Source: Octopus sinensis (Eukaryota). From it: a stretch of DNA of 64,000 nucleotides. The position numbers and the translations under genes were made by a program. Below, in pieces: positions 1-13,002 of the stretch. Location: positions 52,390,001 to 52,454,000 of the forward strand of contig NC_043008.1 of assembly GCF_006345805.1 (NCBI RefSeq), read 5' to 3'. The notes under the pieces were generated by a model, which was not told the origin of the DNA, did not search any database, and saw only the letters and a list, made by a program, of their open reading frames with translations. Each line of letters starts with the position of its first letter. The stretch's first letter is position 1.

Positions 1-950
1 ACACATGCCCTTGGCTGTCATAGCCCATGTTTCACTGCCATGCAACATAACTGTTTGCACACAGGCATCAAACAATCTGTCTTTCACTCTGAGAGAGAGG
101 CCATTTCTTACCAGCAGGGATAGGAGATCTCTGAACTTTACCCAGCCTAATCATATTCTCACAGCTACAATCTCAGAACATCCACCTCCACTACTAACTT
201 GGTCACCTAGATACCGGAAGCTATCTACTACCTCTAGCTTGTCCCCACCTGGCAGTTGATGGAGTCCATATTCTGCACATGTTCAGCATTTATTGTGCCT
301 GTGCACCTTCCACATACAAAGGTTAGTTTCTTCATTAACCTTCCTTTGATGTTGCTGCACCTTTTGTGTGTCCAAAGCTTATACTGGGTGCATCTTATAG
401 AGTTTCTACCTATACTTTTTTACAGACTGAGCAGGGCCACCTACCTGAATGGATTTGTGATTTGTCTGCCTTCCTACTTACTATAACTTTGATTTTTGCT
501 AGGTTCACTCTAAGGCCCTTTGATTCTAGACCATGTTTCCATACGTAGAACTTCTTCTCTAGCTCAGGTAGTGATTCAGCTTATAAGAGCAAAGTCATCA
601 GCATAGAGGAGCTCCCAGGGACATCCTGTCTTGAATTCCTCTGTTATTGCCTGGTGGGCAATAAGATTAACAAGAGGTGAAGCCCTACTTGTACCCTGAA
701 TTCTTCACTGTACTCATCACCCCACCACCACCACTTCACCTTAAGGGTAGCATTCCTGTACAAAGCTTGTATGGCTCTCACCAACCACTCATCTATCCCT
801 AATTTCCACATTGACCACCAAATAAGGGATTGGAGGGCTCTGTTAAAAATCTCTCTCCAAGTCAAGAAAAGCCAAGTACAGAGGTTTATCTTTGGCTAGG
901 TATTTCTCCTGCAGTTGCCTTACCAGAAATATAGCATCTACCTGGCACAA
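1..950 (-). mobile_element. Decayed RTE-clade LINE fragment (RT domain and C-terminus)
   Basis: Minus-strand translations give RTE RT motifs (DAIFLVRQLQEKYLAKDKPLYLAFLDLE; LIWWSMWKLGIDEWLVRAIQALY) and the post-RT block (GWVKFRDLLSLL...LHGSETW), with frameshifts and stops. Confidence 0.88.
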
Positions 951-1064
951 CATATACACACACATACCTACATATACATAAATACCACATGCACCTGCAT
1001 ACACATACCTACTCAAACATACATATACACGCACTTATAAACACACACATATGGTATGTATGTG

Positions 1065-1097
<33 letters not shown>

Positions 1098-1321
1098 GCA
1101 CACACACACATACCATGTGACCATATACACCTACATAACTGTACTAACCTATTCATATGTACATGTATGCAATGTGTGTATATATATGTATATGTGTGCA
1201 TATATATATATATATGCACATGCATGTGTGTGTATATATTTATGTTTGTATGCATATATATATATATGTGTATGTATGTATGTGTGTGTATATACATTGA
1301 AAAGCTCTGTGTGTTTGTTTG

Positions 1322-2880
1322 TCATCATTATCATCGTCATTTAACGTTTGCTTTCCATACTGGCATGAGTTGGATGGTTTGATTGAGGGCTGGCAAGCCA
1401 GATGGCTGCATCAGGCTCCAATCTGATCTGGCAAAGTTTCTACAGCTGGATGCCCTTCCTAATGCCAACCACTCCAAAAGTGTAGTGGGTGCTTTTACGT
1501 GCCACCGGCATGAGGGCCAGTCAGGCAGTACTGACATCGGCCATGCTCAAATGATGCTTTTGACCTGCCACCTGCACAGGAGACAGTCTGGCGGCACTGG
1601 CAACGATCATGCTTGAATGATGCTTTTAACACTCCACTGGCACAGGTGCCAATCAGGTGGCACTGTAATCAGCCATGACAACAATTTCACTTACCTCAAC
1701 AGGTCTTCGTAAGCAAAGTTTATTATCTAATGATTGAAGGGTACTCTTAAATGGGCTGGTTATACAGCATTGCCACACAGGCCACTGTTATGGTCTCACT
1801 TGGCTTGCTTGGTCTTCTCAAGCACAACATATCTCCAAAGGACTTGGTCACTTGTCATTGCCTTGGTGAACCTTGCTGGACGCCTACCTCTACCCGGAAT
1901 TCTTTACTGTACTTGTTGCCAACCCTCATCTTAGTGACAGCATCCCTGTACATGGCTTGCACAGCTCTCACTAACCATTCATCTATCCCTAGTTTCCTCA
2001 TTGACCACCAGATAAGGGATCGGAGGGACCCTGTCAAAGGCTTTCTCCATGTCAACAAAAGCCGGGTACAGAGGTTTATCTTTGGCCAGGTATTTCTCCT
2101 GCAGCTGTCTCACCAGAAATATAGCATCAGTGGTGCTTTTCCCTGGTACAAACCCAAACTGCATCCCAGCTAGACTGACCCTCTCCATGACTTTTATTAT
2201 CTGATCCAGCAATACCTCTGTAATTATTTGTTTCCAATGCATCACCTTTACCTTTGTAGCAGTTGATTATGGTGCAGCTACACATGTCATTGGGTATGAC
2301 TCCTTCATCTATCACCAGGTTGACTATAGCCTACACCACTAGATATTTTAAGCATCTCTGCGGTGATTCCTGATGGGGCAGGGGCTTTCTCTGTCTTCAT
2401 ACCTTAATTGCTTTATCTACCAAGGTGCTGTCAATTCAGAAAGCTTGTCGCTCTGTTGGGTCAACATTTGGCAGACTCTCTTTCTCCCATTCATTCTCTT
2501 CATTTAGCAACCTTTCATAGTGGTGTCTCCAAGTCTCTCTCTCTCTTTGCAGCCTCATTAAATGCAAGTCATCTATGTAGACAATTATATCCTATGACAT
2601 CACGATTCTTTCTCACACACTGTCTCGCAACACAAAACACCTCAAGTCTTTGGTCCTCACAACACAGAGCATTGGCAAATTTTTTTCTCATCTTTTTTTT
2701 TACCCTCTGGCTAAATAAACCTGTCTCTTAGCTTCCCTTGTGGCAATCTGATACAATTCTCTGCTACCACCGTTTTTCTAGCCCTTCCATGCCTGTTTCT
2801 TTTCCCTAATGGCCCTGTCAACTACATTGTTCTACCACCACGTTACCTTGAGTTGAGAGGGGACTTTGTACCATCCACAA
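1322..2880 (-). mobile_element. 5'-truncated, internally deleted RTE LINE with 3' UTR and (ATG)n-type tail
   Basis: ORFs 1855-2315 encode RT motifs (MQFGFVPGKSTTDAIFLVRQLQEKY; FRVEVGVQQGS). These are followed by the ORF end and the family 3' UTR (GTTGGCATTAGGAAGGGCATCCAGCTG motif), ending in the tail at about 1322. Confidence 0.88.
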
Positions 2881-2907
2881 ATCTGGTCAGTGGCCCTCAA
2901 CAGGTTT

Positions 2908-2953
<46 letters not shown>

Positions 2954-3152
2954 TACATGTATACATAAACATCTATAGACAGATAGATAAATAGATATGT
3001 ATAGATCATAAAAACAAGCATGTATGAGAGATATATTTATTCCACCATACGTACATGCATAGAAATGTAGCTAGACAAATGGACAGATAGATAGATCAAC
3101 GGATGGATGGGCAGATGAATGGACATACAGACCGTGAGATAGAGAGAGATAA

Positions 3153-3233
<81 letters not shown>

Positions 3234-4827
3234 ACAGAAGCAGACAGACAGGTCAACCAATAAATAGATACTTGTTGAAATTAAGACAAATTGATAAGAA
3301 TGGTCCTTAAAGATAAACTAATTTTGAAGCAAAGAGACGGAGAGAAAGAGACGGGCAGCTGTATGTAATTATCAATGTTTTCAAATAAATGTTAAATTTT
3401 TTTCAGTTAAGGTGATGCAATATTTAATTCAACAATCAGCTACTTATAAATTGGTGACTAATTATGTTCAATACAAAAGTGATGAAACTTAAAATGGAAA
3501 TGAAAATTAGGATATTGCGTAAGGAGTGTTCTAGAGAGAAACACTTACATCTATAGATACACAGATGGAGAGAAACTTGTGAACATACAGACTCAAACAC
3601 CAAAAACATAACCTCACATGCCCACATTCGAACATGTACACTCACTTTCATATAGTAAGCAAATTTTCAAACCCAAAAGGAATTCCTGTACCTATAACAG
3701 GATGTATTATTTTCCATTTTTTATATTTTTGAAAAATAATAATATGCAAGAAAAAATCCATTTGCTTCTTTGTGGATTGAAGAGTGACTAGAATGGTAAT
3801 ATAAAAGTGTACGAATGCTGTGATTTCTAGCAAGTTCATAAATTCACATAGTACCTCTTGGGTTTGTCTTAATGAATTCAATGAATCATATTTGAGTGTT
3901 ATATTTATTTATGATTTGTAAATCAGAAATATAAATCTAATTCAGAATAAAATTTGGATTTGCATGTATGATATTTCTTTGTGAAGTATTTCATTTTTAC
4001 CATTTCATAATTCTAAATTTCACCTCACTGAACTCTGCGGGGCTGTGGTTATCAAACAATGGTTGGAAGTATAATCGTCAAAGTTACAAAGATAACATTT
4101 TTTTAATCTGGAAATAATTAATCCAAAATAAAATATTCATATTTCTATTACTTTTTGTTACACATCCATATTTTCCATGCTAGCATCGGTTGAGCACTTT
4201 TTTTTTTATGCTCAGAATTGTCAAGGCATGAAATAAACAGCTTGTGTCAGTTATTAATTGTCAGGACACTGCATCTTCCAAAAATTCCATCCTTCACAAA
4301 ATTCACCAGCATTAACTCTGATGTACAGATGCACCCTTTCCAGTGTATGGCTCTTTAACTGTTCACTTTTCTGTCTTGTGTTTTATCTGTGTATTCTGCT
4401 GGCACCTTTGGATATCTTTGCTGTCTTTTTTTTCTCGACTTATTGCTTCTGTCTGTTCCCTCTTTTGCCCTTTTCTGACAAGTTTCAATGAACCTGAGTA
4501 CTGGATACAATAAACACATAATTAGTATAATTATTGTTCTCAGTTCAAATTCTGCTGTGGTTGACTTTGCCTAGCATTCTTTCAGAGTTGATGAAGTAAG
4601 TACCAGTTGAGGACAGGAGTTGATGTAATGATATAATCAACTATCAACCTCCCACTAAAATTTCTGAAACAACAATAATAATGGTTTCAAATTTTTCTGC
4701 AAGGGTAGCAATTTTGGGGAGGGGATGAGTTGATTACATCAACCCCAGTGTTTAACTGGTACTTATTTTATCAACCCTGAAAGGATGAAAGGTAGTTGAC
4801 CTAATAATAAAAATTATCATTATTATT

Positions 4828-5310
4828 AAAGGCAGCAAGCTGGCAGAAATGTTAGTGCTTAGTGGTATTTCACCTGTCGCTACATTCTGAGTTCAAATTT
4901 CACTGAAGCTGGCTTTGCCTTTCATCCTTTCGGGGGTTGCTAAATTAAGAACCAGTTGAGAACAGGAGTTGATGTAATCAACTATCTCCTGCCCACTAAA
5001 ATAACAATTTGTACTGGGGTTAATCTAATTGACTGACTCCCTCCTGCAAATTTTCGGGTCTTCTGCCTAGAGTAGAAAAGATTATTATTTTTATTATTAT
5101 TATTACTACTAAGGTGGTGAGTGGGCAGAATCGTTAACATGCTGGACAGACTGCTTAGCGGTATTTCGCCCGTCACTACGTTCTGAGTTCAAATTCCACT
5201 GAGGTCAACTTTGCTTTTCATTCTTTGAAATTTGAGTACTGGGCTTGGTTTAATCAACGGACCACCCCCTCTCTGAAAATTTCAAGCCTTGTGTCTATAG
5301 TAGAAAGGAT
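4828..5310 (+). mobile_element. Two adjacent decayed tRNA-derived SINE copies (family B)
   Basis: Head GGCAGCAAGCTGGCAGAA...TTCTGAGTTCAAATT and core GCCTTTCATCCTTTCGGGG, shared with the copies at 45904, 50355 and 56180. Confidence 0.7.
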
Positions 5311-7296
5311 TATTATTATCTTTATTATTCCACAGGTGGGGAGACAGCAGAATTTTTAGTGCCTAGTAAAAAAAGCCCTGCAGTATTTCTGCCAGCTCTT
5401 TACACTCTGGTTTCAAATCATGGTAAGAATATTTTTGCCTTCCATCCTGCTGGGGCTGAAAAAATAAATAGATCTTGTGTTGACTCATATGACCAACCTC
5501 TACCCCTTGAAACTGCTGCTCTTGAGCCTAAACCAAAAACAATTATTACTATTATTATTATCATCATCATCATTATCATTAGAGCAGCATGTTGGCAGAT
5601 CCATTAGTGGATTGGACAAATCATTTAGTGGCATTTCTTCTGATTCTTTACCTTCCAAGTTCAAATTCTGCCAGGATTAAGTTTGTCACTCACCTTTTTT
5701 GGGGTCGATAAAATAAATTACTAGTCAAGTACTGGAGTTAATGTAATCTACTTGCCCCTTCTCTTAAAGCTTGCTGGCCTTCTCGTGTTGAAACTGTTAA
5801 TATATTGCAGATATTGTTGATATGGGATGTAAACATGACATTGTCTCTTAAAACAGTGTCATGCAAAGATACTTGGAATGTAAACATCGGCACGACCACA
5901 CATACACACACGTTACACAGTAAACTATTGGCAACATACATTTACAGCAGACAGAACAGAGGAAGTTTTGTCCACGAAAAGTATCAGATATTAATTTTAT
6001 TAAATTTTCAGAAATTTTAATTTTCATTTGAATATATTTTTTTAAGGTGGGATGAAAGAGAATTAATAATTTGTTAAAATGGATTTCGATAGTAAAATGT
6101 TGCAAAACACTGTAGAAGAGAAGTGGGCAAATTGAAATTTTAGAGTTAACTCCCTTTACTAAGTGTATGTACGGGAATTTATATTTTCATCAATAGTATG
6201 GTTGAAGTGTTAAGAAGTCCACTACGTAATCATGATCAGCCAGGTTCGATCCCACTGCCTGACATCTTTAGCATTTTTCTTTTTTTATGATGGTGTCATA
6301 TCGACCCAAGCCATGTGAGTGAAATTGGGTTGATGAAAACCGTGTGGGATCCGGTATGGTGGATTGAGAGTTTATTTTAAAACTTAAGCGTTATCATACA
6401 CTTTGTCACACTGATTCTTTCCTGAGGATTACATTATGTTATACATCTCTGTGGAATACTCAGCCACTTACATACACTAACTCATTATTCAATGTGTAAA
6501 CTGTTCAGTTCACAGAACAAGTAAATACTCATTGCTAGAATCAATTAACAAAGAAGCGCTTTTTAGCCAGTGCTACTTTAGTGTGCAGTCTACATTTACA
6601 TTTTAACATGAAAATTAAACCTAACCCTGAACCCTAAACCTAAATCCTAACCCAGATCAGGTCATTTCTCATGCTAAAATGGCACTGTTTATCCTTTCTT
6701 TCTCTGAAGAATCTCAACTCAAAGTCCAGTGATTAAGAATCAAAATTTTTGGCCTTAAATTGCCTATATCAGTTTGTAAAGTGTTATACGTTTGAAAGAG
6801 TAATCATATATAAATGTATGAGATGCAAGAAAAGCACCTAAATATCTTCTAAGAATTCTTCCCAAACCTCCATATCATCTCAGTACAAGATTATGCCTGT
6901 GAATAAACCCTACTGTCAACCAATTCCATCATGAATCTTGCTTCTACCACCTTCTTTGGCAAAGACAAGCAGTCAGATTTTTCCTTTCCTGAGATATTAT
7001 AGCGAAAGGGATTGTAGCATTAAATGAAGATAGAAAACCAGTGGTCCTTTATCTCAACAAGAAAAGCATTATTTGAGGGTTGCTCAAAAGAGACGTTGGT
7101 GATAATGAGATAACACATTTGCTGCTTTTGAATACATTTTTATAAAAAGTAAATGAAAAATTACAAGATTAACATGAGTGTTGAGACCTGCAGTCTAACA
7201 CCTAACCTGTGTGATTAAGGTTTTGGGGAAGAAGAATGGCCATGTGTCAGAATGTACAAAGAGAAAAAGTACTGAACAAATATGAATACACATACT

Positions 7297-7311
<15 letters not shown>

Positions 7312-7382
<71 letters not shown>
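7312..7382. repeat. (TA)n microsatellite
   Basis: Perfect TA run of about 70 bp. Confidence 0.95.
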
Positions 7383-7383
<1 letters not shown>

Positions 7384-8002
7384 GTATATACATGAATACA
7401 CAAAACCCGTTATAATCATTTTTCATTAAGTACCTGAGATACTGAAATTTCCCTCTCTAACTTCTATGATTTGGTCACTAACACAAATCCATAGGATCTG
7501 AGGAAAATTAGTTATTAGTAAGTTTTCATAAACCTCAAAGTGTTTCTTTACATTTCTGCTCTCATTTTATTTTTGGGACCTGTTGTTGTTTGAGATTTTG
7601 ACATGGGCCACCATTAATCTTTTTTTTTTTAGATTCAATTCTTCCCGTTTCCCTCTTTATCTGTATACATTTATTTGTTTTATGTCTGTTTCTTTTTCAT
7701 GCTTGCATATATTATTGTTTCACAGCTGGATATCCTTTTCTTTTGATGACCCTCACATGTTTTTTCAAGTAAGGAATTTCTTATTGCAGATGTTAACAAA
7801 GGCACAAAGCAAATAGATGAATTGTAGGCAGAAGAGACAACACTGCTTGTAGACTACAACCTTCACATCTCACAAACACATATGTGTATGCATATATATA
7901 ATTCTACACACACATGGTGGGTGATGCTCCTTCCATAAGTTTTATAAACATTTATAAACAACATTTATAAATGCAAAAACAAAAAGAAGTTATAATGTTT
8001 GA

Positions 8003-9592
8003 TTAAATACAAATATTCAAGACAGATTCCACAGCCTCTTGAAATGCAGGAATATTCAATTTTCCGCTGACAGCATGCAAAAGATTCTCCACCCGTTCTT
8101 TATTCAGCATTCTTAAAATACCTAAAATCTCTACAACTTCACTGATTACTTTCTGTTTCACATCATTAGGAATTACATAGACGTCCTCAACAGCTACATC
8201 ATAGACAAGCCTGAGTAGTATTTTTACCAATTTATCATTATGGTGTTGTATTCTTGGCCATGAAACTTTAATGAAGCTTTTGAGACTAGCAAGTACATTT
8301 AACCGAGCAACTTCGTGTGGCCCATCATAAATTTCTAAATAAGATTCTACAAGTTGTAGAAATTGTTTCGTGTGTCGAACAACTGTCATTCCCATAAGGT
8401 GAATGAATTTAGGAATATAACTAGTATACACACGCCGAAATGATAGCTGGTTTTCTATTTGTGCGTTGTACAGGACTGAGGTAAATATTTCATCATAACG
8501 GTTATAGCTTATATTTTCTAGTTTGGAAGGTGGTTTTTCTAGAATGGAAAGAATAGAGAGCAGAGAAGACAATGTAGTTTCCAACACACTTTCTTCCTGG
8601 GTGAATAACTGATGCTTTAAAGCATCAAAGATGACAGCATCTCTGTTGTACCATCGTAGTTCTTCTTTGCTTACATTATCAATGATGTAATTCAAGTATT
8701 TTATACCAGTCAGTTTATGTTCACTCACAAAGTCATCAACAAACAAAAGTACCGGAGTCAAAACATGGTCTAAATAAAAACTGAGATATGGGTGTTCTAC
8801 GTTCCCCAAACACCAACAGAAAGCAGCTTTTGCAAAGGGATTTTTATTCCAGTTTTCCTTACGCAGGCGAGGTTGGTTTAAATTTAATATTTTGCGGAAA
8901 ATTGACTTCGTGTGCCATGAATCTTCGGGGTTTGTAAAGCCATGTTCATTGGCTAAAAGGAGAAGTTCCTGGGAATTTCGACAAGAGTAGAATTTTGCAA
9001 GGGCATTGATAATACTGTTCGCTGCAACAACTGTAGTTTCGCTCGTCCACGGACCGGGTTCGGCATGAGAAGCTGCTAAACTGCACAACAAAGCAACCAA
9101 GTCAAGAGATTCGTTTCTGCAGAAAATCCGTTTGGAAGCTTTTTGATTTTGAAGAAGCAAAGTGAATGATTTAAACACCAAATTTGCTCTCGTAACAGCA
9201 TTAGGGAAATCATCTGCCGTGTATTCGTAAATCTCGCGGTCTCTAAATTCTTCAACATATGCATGCGTAACAATCTTTTGTAGGAGTTTCACATCGTTGT
9301 CTTCAGAAAATGTATTTTTTGTGGAACTTGCTATCAGCATTTCTTCTTGGTGATTACATTCAAAATATATTTCAGGACATAACTGAACGAATACAACGAC
9401 GAGGTTTAACTTACACAACGGGCTGCAAGTGCACGACTGAAGCTCGATGGAAATCTGATGAATTACGTCGGTGAATGAATGCGATTGCCGCATTTGATCG
9501 ACTATACTCTCCAGGTTACAGTTACCGTCTATATCAGACGCACTTGAACCTACGATATCTTCCCATAAATCTGAAATCAATTTATCAGTCAT
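8003..9592 (-). CDS. TTI2: TELO2-interacting protein 2 (TTT complex), single coding exon, 529 aa
   Basis: Uninterrupted 529-aa ORF with helical, HEAT-like composition. The segments WNKNPFAKAAFCWCL, LLFVDDFVSEHKLTGIKYLNYII and ELRWYNRDAVIFDALKHQL match the Tti2 family as recalled (human WKNNP...DDYQTENKILG...YNRAQVLY). Confidence 0.9.
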   Translation of the reverse strand: MTDKLISDLWEDIVGSSASDIDGNCNLESIVDQMRQSHSFTDVIHQISIELQSCTCSPLCKLNLVVVFVQLCPEIYFECNHQEEMLIASSTKNTFSEDNDVKLLQKIVTHAYVEEFRDREIYEYTADDFPNAVTRANLVFKSFTLLLQNQKASKRIFCRNESLDLVALLCSLAASHAEPGPWTSETTVVAANSIINALAKFYSCRNSQELLLLANEHGFTNPEDSWHTKSIFRKILNLNQPRLRKENWNKNPFAKAAFCWCLGNVEHPYLSFYLDHVLTPVLLFVDDFVSEHKLTGIKYLNYIIDNVSKEELRWYNRDAVIFDALKHQLFTQEESVLETTLSSLLSILSILEKPPSKLENISYNRYDEIFTSVLYNAQIENQLSFRRVYTSYIPKFIHLMGMTVVRHTKQFLQLVESYLEIYDGPHEVARLNVLASLKSFIKVSWPRIQHHNDKLVKILLRLVYDVAVEDVYVIPNDVKQKVISEVVEILGILRMLNKERVENLLHAVSGKLNIPAFQEAVESVLNICI

Positions 9593-9932
9593 ACTGAATG
9601 TTATTGAAATGATTTCATTAACAGAGATTAATTAATCGAGAAGACGTTTCTCATGTTGTTGTTCTTTAAAACGGTGTCGACACAAAAAGAGTCACCCTTA
9701 CAAAATATTCCGCATTGGAAACAATTATTTGAATAATACTGCAAATAATTACCGTTTCATCATTGCTATTCATCACAATTTTCTATATAACTAATTGAAT
9801 GGTTTTGAATTACACCTGTATTTCATGGAATTTGTCAAAATATAACTTATATTTATATAAAATTGGGTGGAATATTTTTAATCCGAAAACTATATCATAT
9901 TTGCCAAAGTGTTTTCCACTTCCGTTGCCAAC
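9593..9932. promoter_or_regulatory. Bidirectional promoter and 5' UTR region shared by TTI2 and IER3IP1
   Basis: Only 340 bp separate the divergent ATGs (9592 on -, 9933 on +). The interval is repeat-free. Transcription start sites are not determined. Confidence 0.75.
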
Positions 9933-10023
9933 ATGGCTTTTACTTTGTATTCACTTTTAGAAGCCACCTTACTTTGTCTTAATGCGATCTGTATCCTCCA
10001 CGAGGAAAGGTTTCTTTCCAAAA
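9933..10023 (+). CDS. IER3IP1: IER3IP1 (Yos1 family) exon 1
   Basis: MAFTLYSLLEATLLCLNAICILHEERFLSK, 91 nt, followed by a GTAAGT donor (phase 1). Nearly identical to the recalled human N-terminus MAFTLYSLLQAALLCVNAIAVLHEERFL. Confidence 0.96.
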
Positions 10024-10656
10024 GTAAGTTTTTTATGATAATATCTCTCTATCCTAGTTTGACACGATATAACCGGTTTTAATTTAAGCCCATAAATTTA
10101 TTGTTTATTGTCCGTCATTTATCTCTGAGGAATGTGCGAGCAAGTATCTTAGTTTGTTTGGTCCCTGGACGAAATAGGGAAGAAGAAGAAGAAATGTGAT
10201 GCTTTGTTGTTTATGTATTTCCCAACGTTATCAACAGCGTAAATAGATTTGACCAGGGATCGAAACCACATCTTGGAATCACTCTCGGAAAGCTTTTGGC
10301 ATCAATGTCTCTGCTTTGCCAGGGTGAATTCCATTAAACTATAAAAATATTTGATGTCAAGATATTTTTGACTTGTCTGTCGAAATGTTTCACATTTATT
10401 TTGACCAGTCCCTGCAAAAATTATCAATTCGGATATGTTTGTACATGAAGAGAATTGAATTTATAATAATTGCTTACGTACGTACATTTATTTGTTTAGT
10501 TCAAAAGGTGGGATAGCAATCTATGCTTTCTTCCGATAGCATTAGCGATAATCTCAACTTTTATGTAATGCTAGAAAGTTATTAGATTTATACGTATTTA
10601 GACACACAAACACGTGAAATTCTAAACCCCTTATATAAAATAGCCACGTTGTTCCT

Positions 10657-10694
<38 letters not shown>

Positions 10695-11072
10695 TGGCTG
10701 ACTAGAAACTAAGACCACAGCTTAGGTATTTAAAAACAATTTCTTCTCCCTGAGCCTTCTGATCAACGAACGACACCCGATAATTTTCTCGATAAGCGCT
10801 TTATGCTTGTCAGGGAATTTTCGTTGGAGGATGCAAAAACGTTTCCTGTTGCTTTCCTCTGTGTGTGTGTGCGTGCGCCAGACACCATCTTGTCGGCCTG
10901 ACACAAGTTTTTGACACCTGTCTGCGTACACAACCAAAACAGATACTACAAAATCTCTTGTCCAGAACTGTGACTATTTCTCCAAATTCAGATGATTTTA
11001 TCAACCCCGGAGAAAAGAAAGTTATCATTGGCAGGATTTTATTTCTGAATGTAAAGAACCTGAACAAAATTC

Positions 11073-13002
11073 GGTTAATATAGGGCGTAACAAATATCAG
11101 AAAATCAAAAAAAAAATGTGTGTAATAGGTGTAAAACAACTTCCTATGAACGAATATGAAAAAAAAAATTCGCGCACGCGAAAGGGGGGTGGGGGAGAGG
11201 CCTCGGAAAATTCACATCGGGAAGTTCCGAAAGCGTCTGAGGGGCTGAGCCGGGCACCAAAACAAAAAAAAAATAGTGTAATATGTGTAAAACAACTTGC
11301 TCTAAACGAATATGAAAAAAAAAAATGCGCTCTCGAGAAAGAGGGGTGGGGGAGAGGCCTCGGAATATTTATATCGGGAATTTCCGAAAGCGTCTGAACC
11401 GGGCACAAAAACAAAAACAAAAACAGCGTAATAGGTGTAAAACAACTTGCTCTAAACGACTATCATGAAAAAAATGCGCGCTCGCGAAAGGGGGGTGGGG
11501 GAGAGGCTTCGGAAATTTCACATCTTCAGTCCACGGCCTTTAAACTAAGAAAAAATAGTGTAATTGGTGTAAAACTACTTGTTCTAAACGAGTATCAAGA
11601 ACACACACTCACACATGAATCATAAACTCCGTATTTCGCAAAAAAAAAAATAAAGAGAAGAAATTCTGGAAAAAGTGAAGAAATGTTGGATCTCCGCCAT
11701 GTGAATCAAAATACGTGTCAGAAACATCTTGAAATACTACAGAAATTATGTTACGAAAATGATAATGTATACATACCTCTTTGAGTGGTCCATCGATAAT
11801 GATGATAAAGAAATGAGTTGGATTTGAACTCAGAATATTGACTAACACAACTACATACTACAAGACTCAAAATATTCAGCCAAGTCACCACCCTTTAACT
11901 AGCAATAATAATAACATCAATAACATAACAGCCAAAAGATTTATTTGTTCTGAAAATAACAATCATAGTAAATAAATATGTTCTTTAATATTCACATTCA
12001 TGTGCACAGTTAAACACACTTACATACAAACAGTCACGCATGCATAATACAGAACGGAACACATAAATGAAGGATGCATTACTTAGTATATATTACATCT
12101 AGAGAATTTTGATTAATAAGTCAAATATGCAAATTATAAAGATAATTAATTGCTTTACTAAACAGTGTTGTAAAGGTGAAAAAATAAATTTGGGAAAAAA
12201 ATACACGCCAAAACTAATTAATAAAGGATAATTAGGGAAGGATTGACACAAAATAATAATTTTTTCTGTCTCTTTTTTTCTGATAAATGCATCTTAATAA
12301 GTGAGAAGAATTGCATATATCTGAACTATTTCAAAGAAAAGCATAATTTAATGTTTAAAATAGCTTTAACCAAGGAATGAGATCCAACATTTCTTCACTT
12401 TTTCCAGAATTTCTTCTCTTTATTTTTTTTTTGCGAAATACGGAGTTTATGATTCATGTGTGAGTGTGTGTTCTTGATACTCGTTTAGAACAAGTAGTTT
12501 TACACCAATTACACTATTTTTTCTTAGTTTAAAGGCCGTGGACTGAAGATATGAAATTTCCGAAGCCTCTCTCCCACCCCCCTTTCGCGAGCGCGCATTT
12601 TTTTCATGATAGTCGTTTAGAGCAAGTTGTTTTACACCTATTACGCTGTTTTTGTTTTTGTTTTTGTGCCCGGTTCAGACGCTTTCGGAAATTCCCGATA
12701 TAAATATTCCGAGGCCTCTCCCCCACCCCTCTTTCTCGAGAGCGCATTTTTTTTTGTCATATTCGTTTAGAGCAAGTTGTTTTACACATATTACACTATT
12801 TTTTGTTTTGTTTTGGTGCCCGGGTCAGCTCCTCAGACGCTTTCGGAACTTCCCGATGTGAATTTTCCGAGGCCTCTCCCCCACCCCCCCTTTCGCGTGC
12901 GCGAATTTTTTTTTTCATATTCGTTCATAGGAAGTTGTTTTACACCTATTACACACATTTTTTTTTTTGATTTTCTGATATTTGTTACGCCCTATATTAA
13001 CC
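11073..13002. mobile_element. Non-autonomous foldback DNA transposon, about 622-bp TIRs, 8-bp TSD
   Basis: Arms 11073-11694 and 12379-13002 are inverted near-copies. CAAAATTC flanks both ends (11065-11072 and 13003-13010). Ends are GGTTAATATAGGG...CCCTATATTAACC. Arms are built of about 150-bp subrepeats. Confidence 0.9.

Noticed and set aside
6618-6652. Telomere-like CCCTAA variants
   Set aside because: Short and degenerate, more likely part of a repeat remnant than an interstitial telomere.
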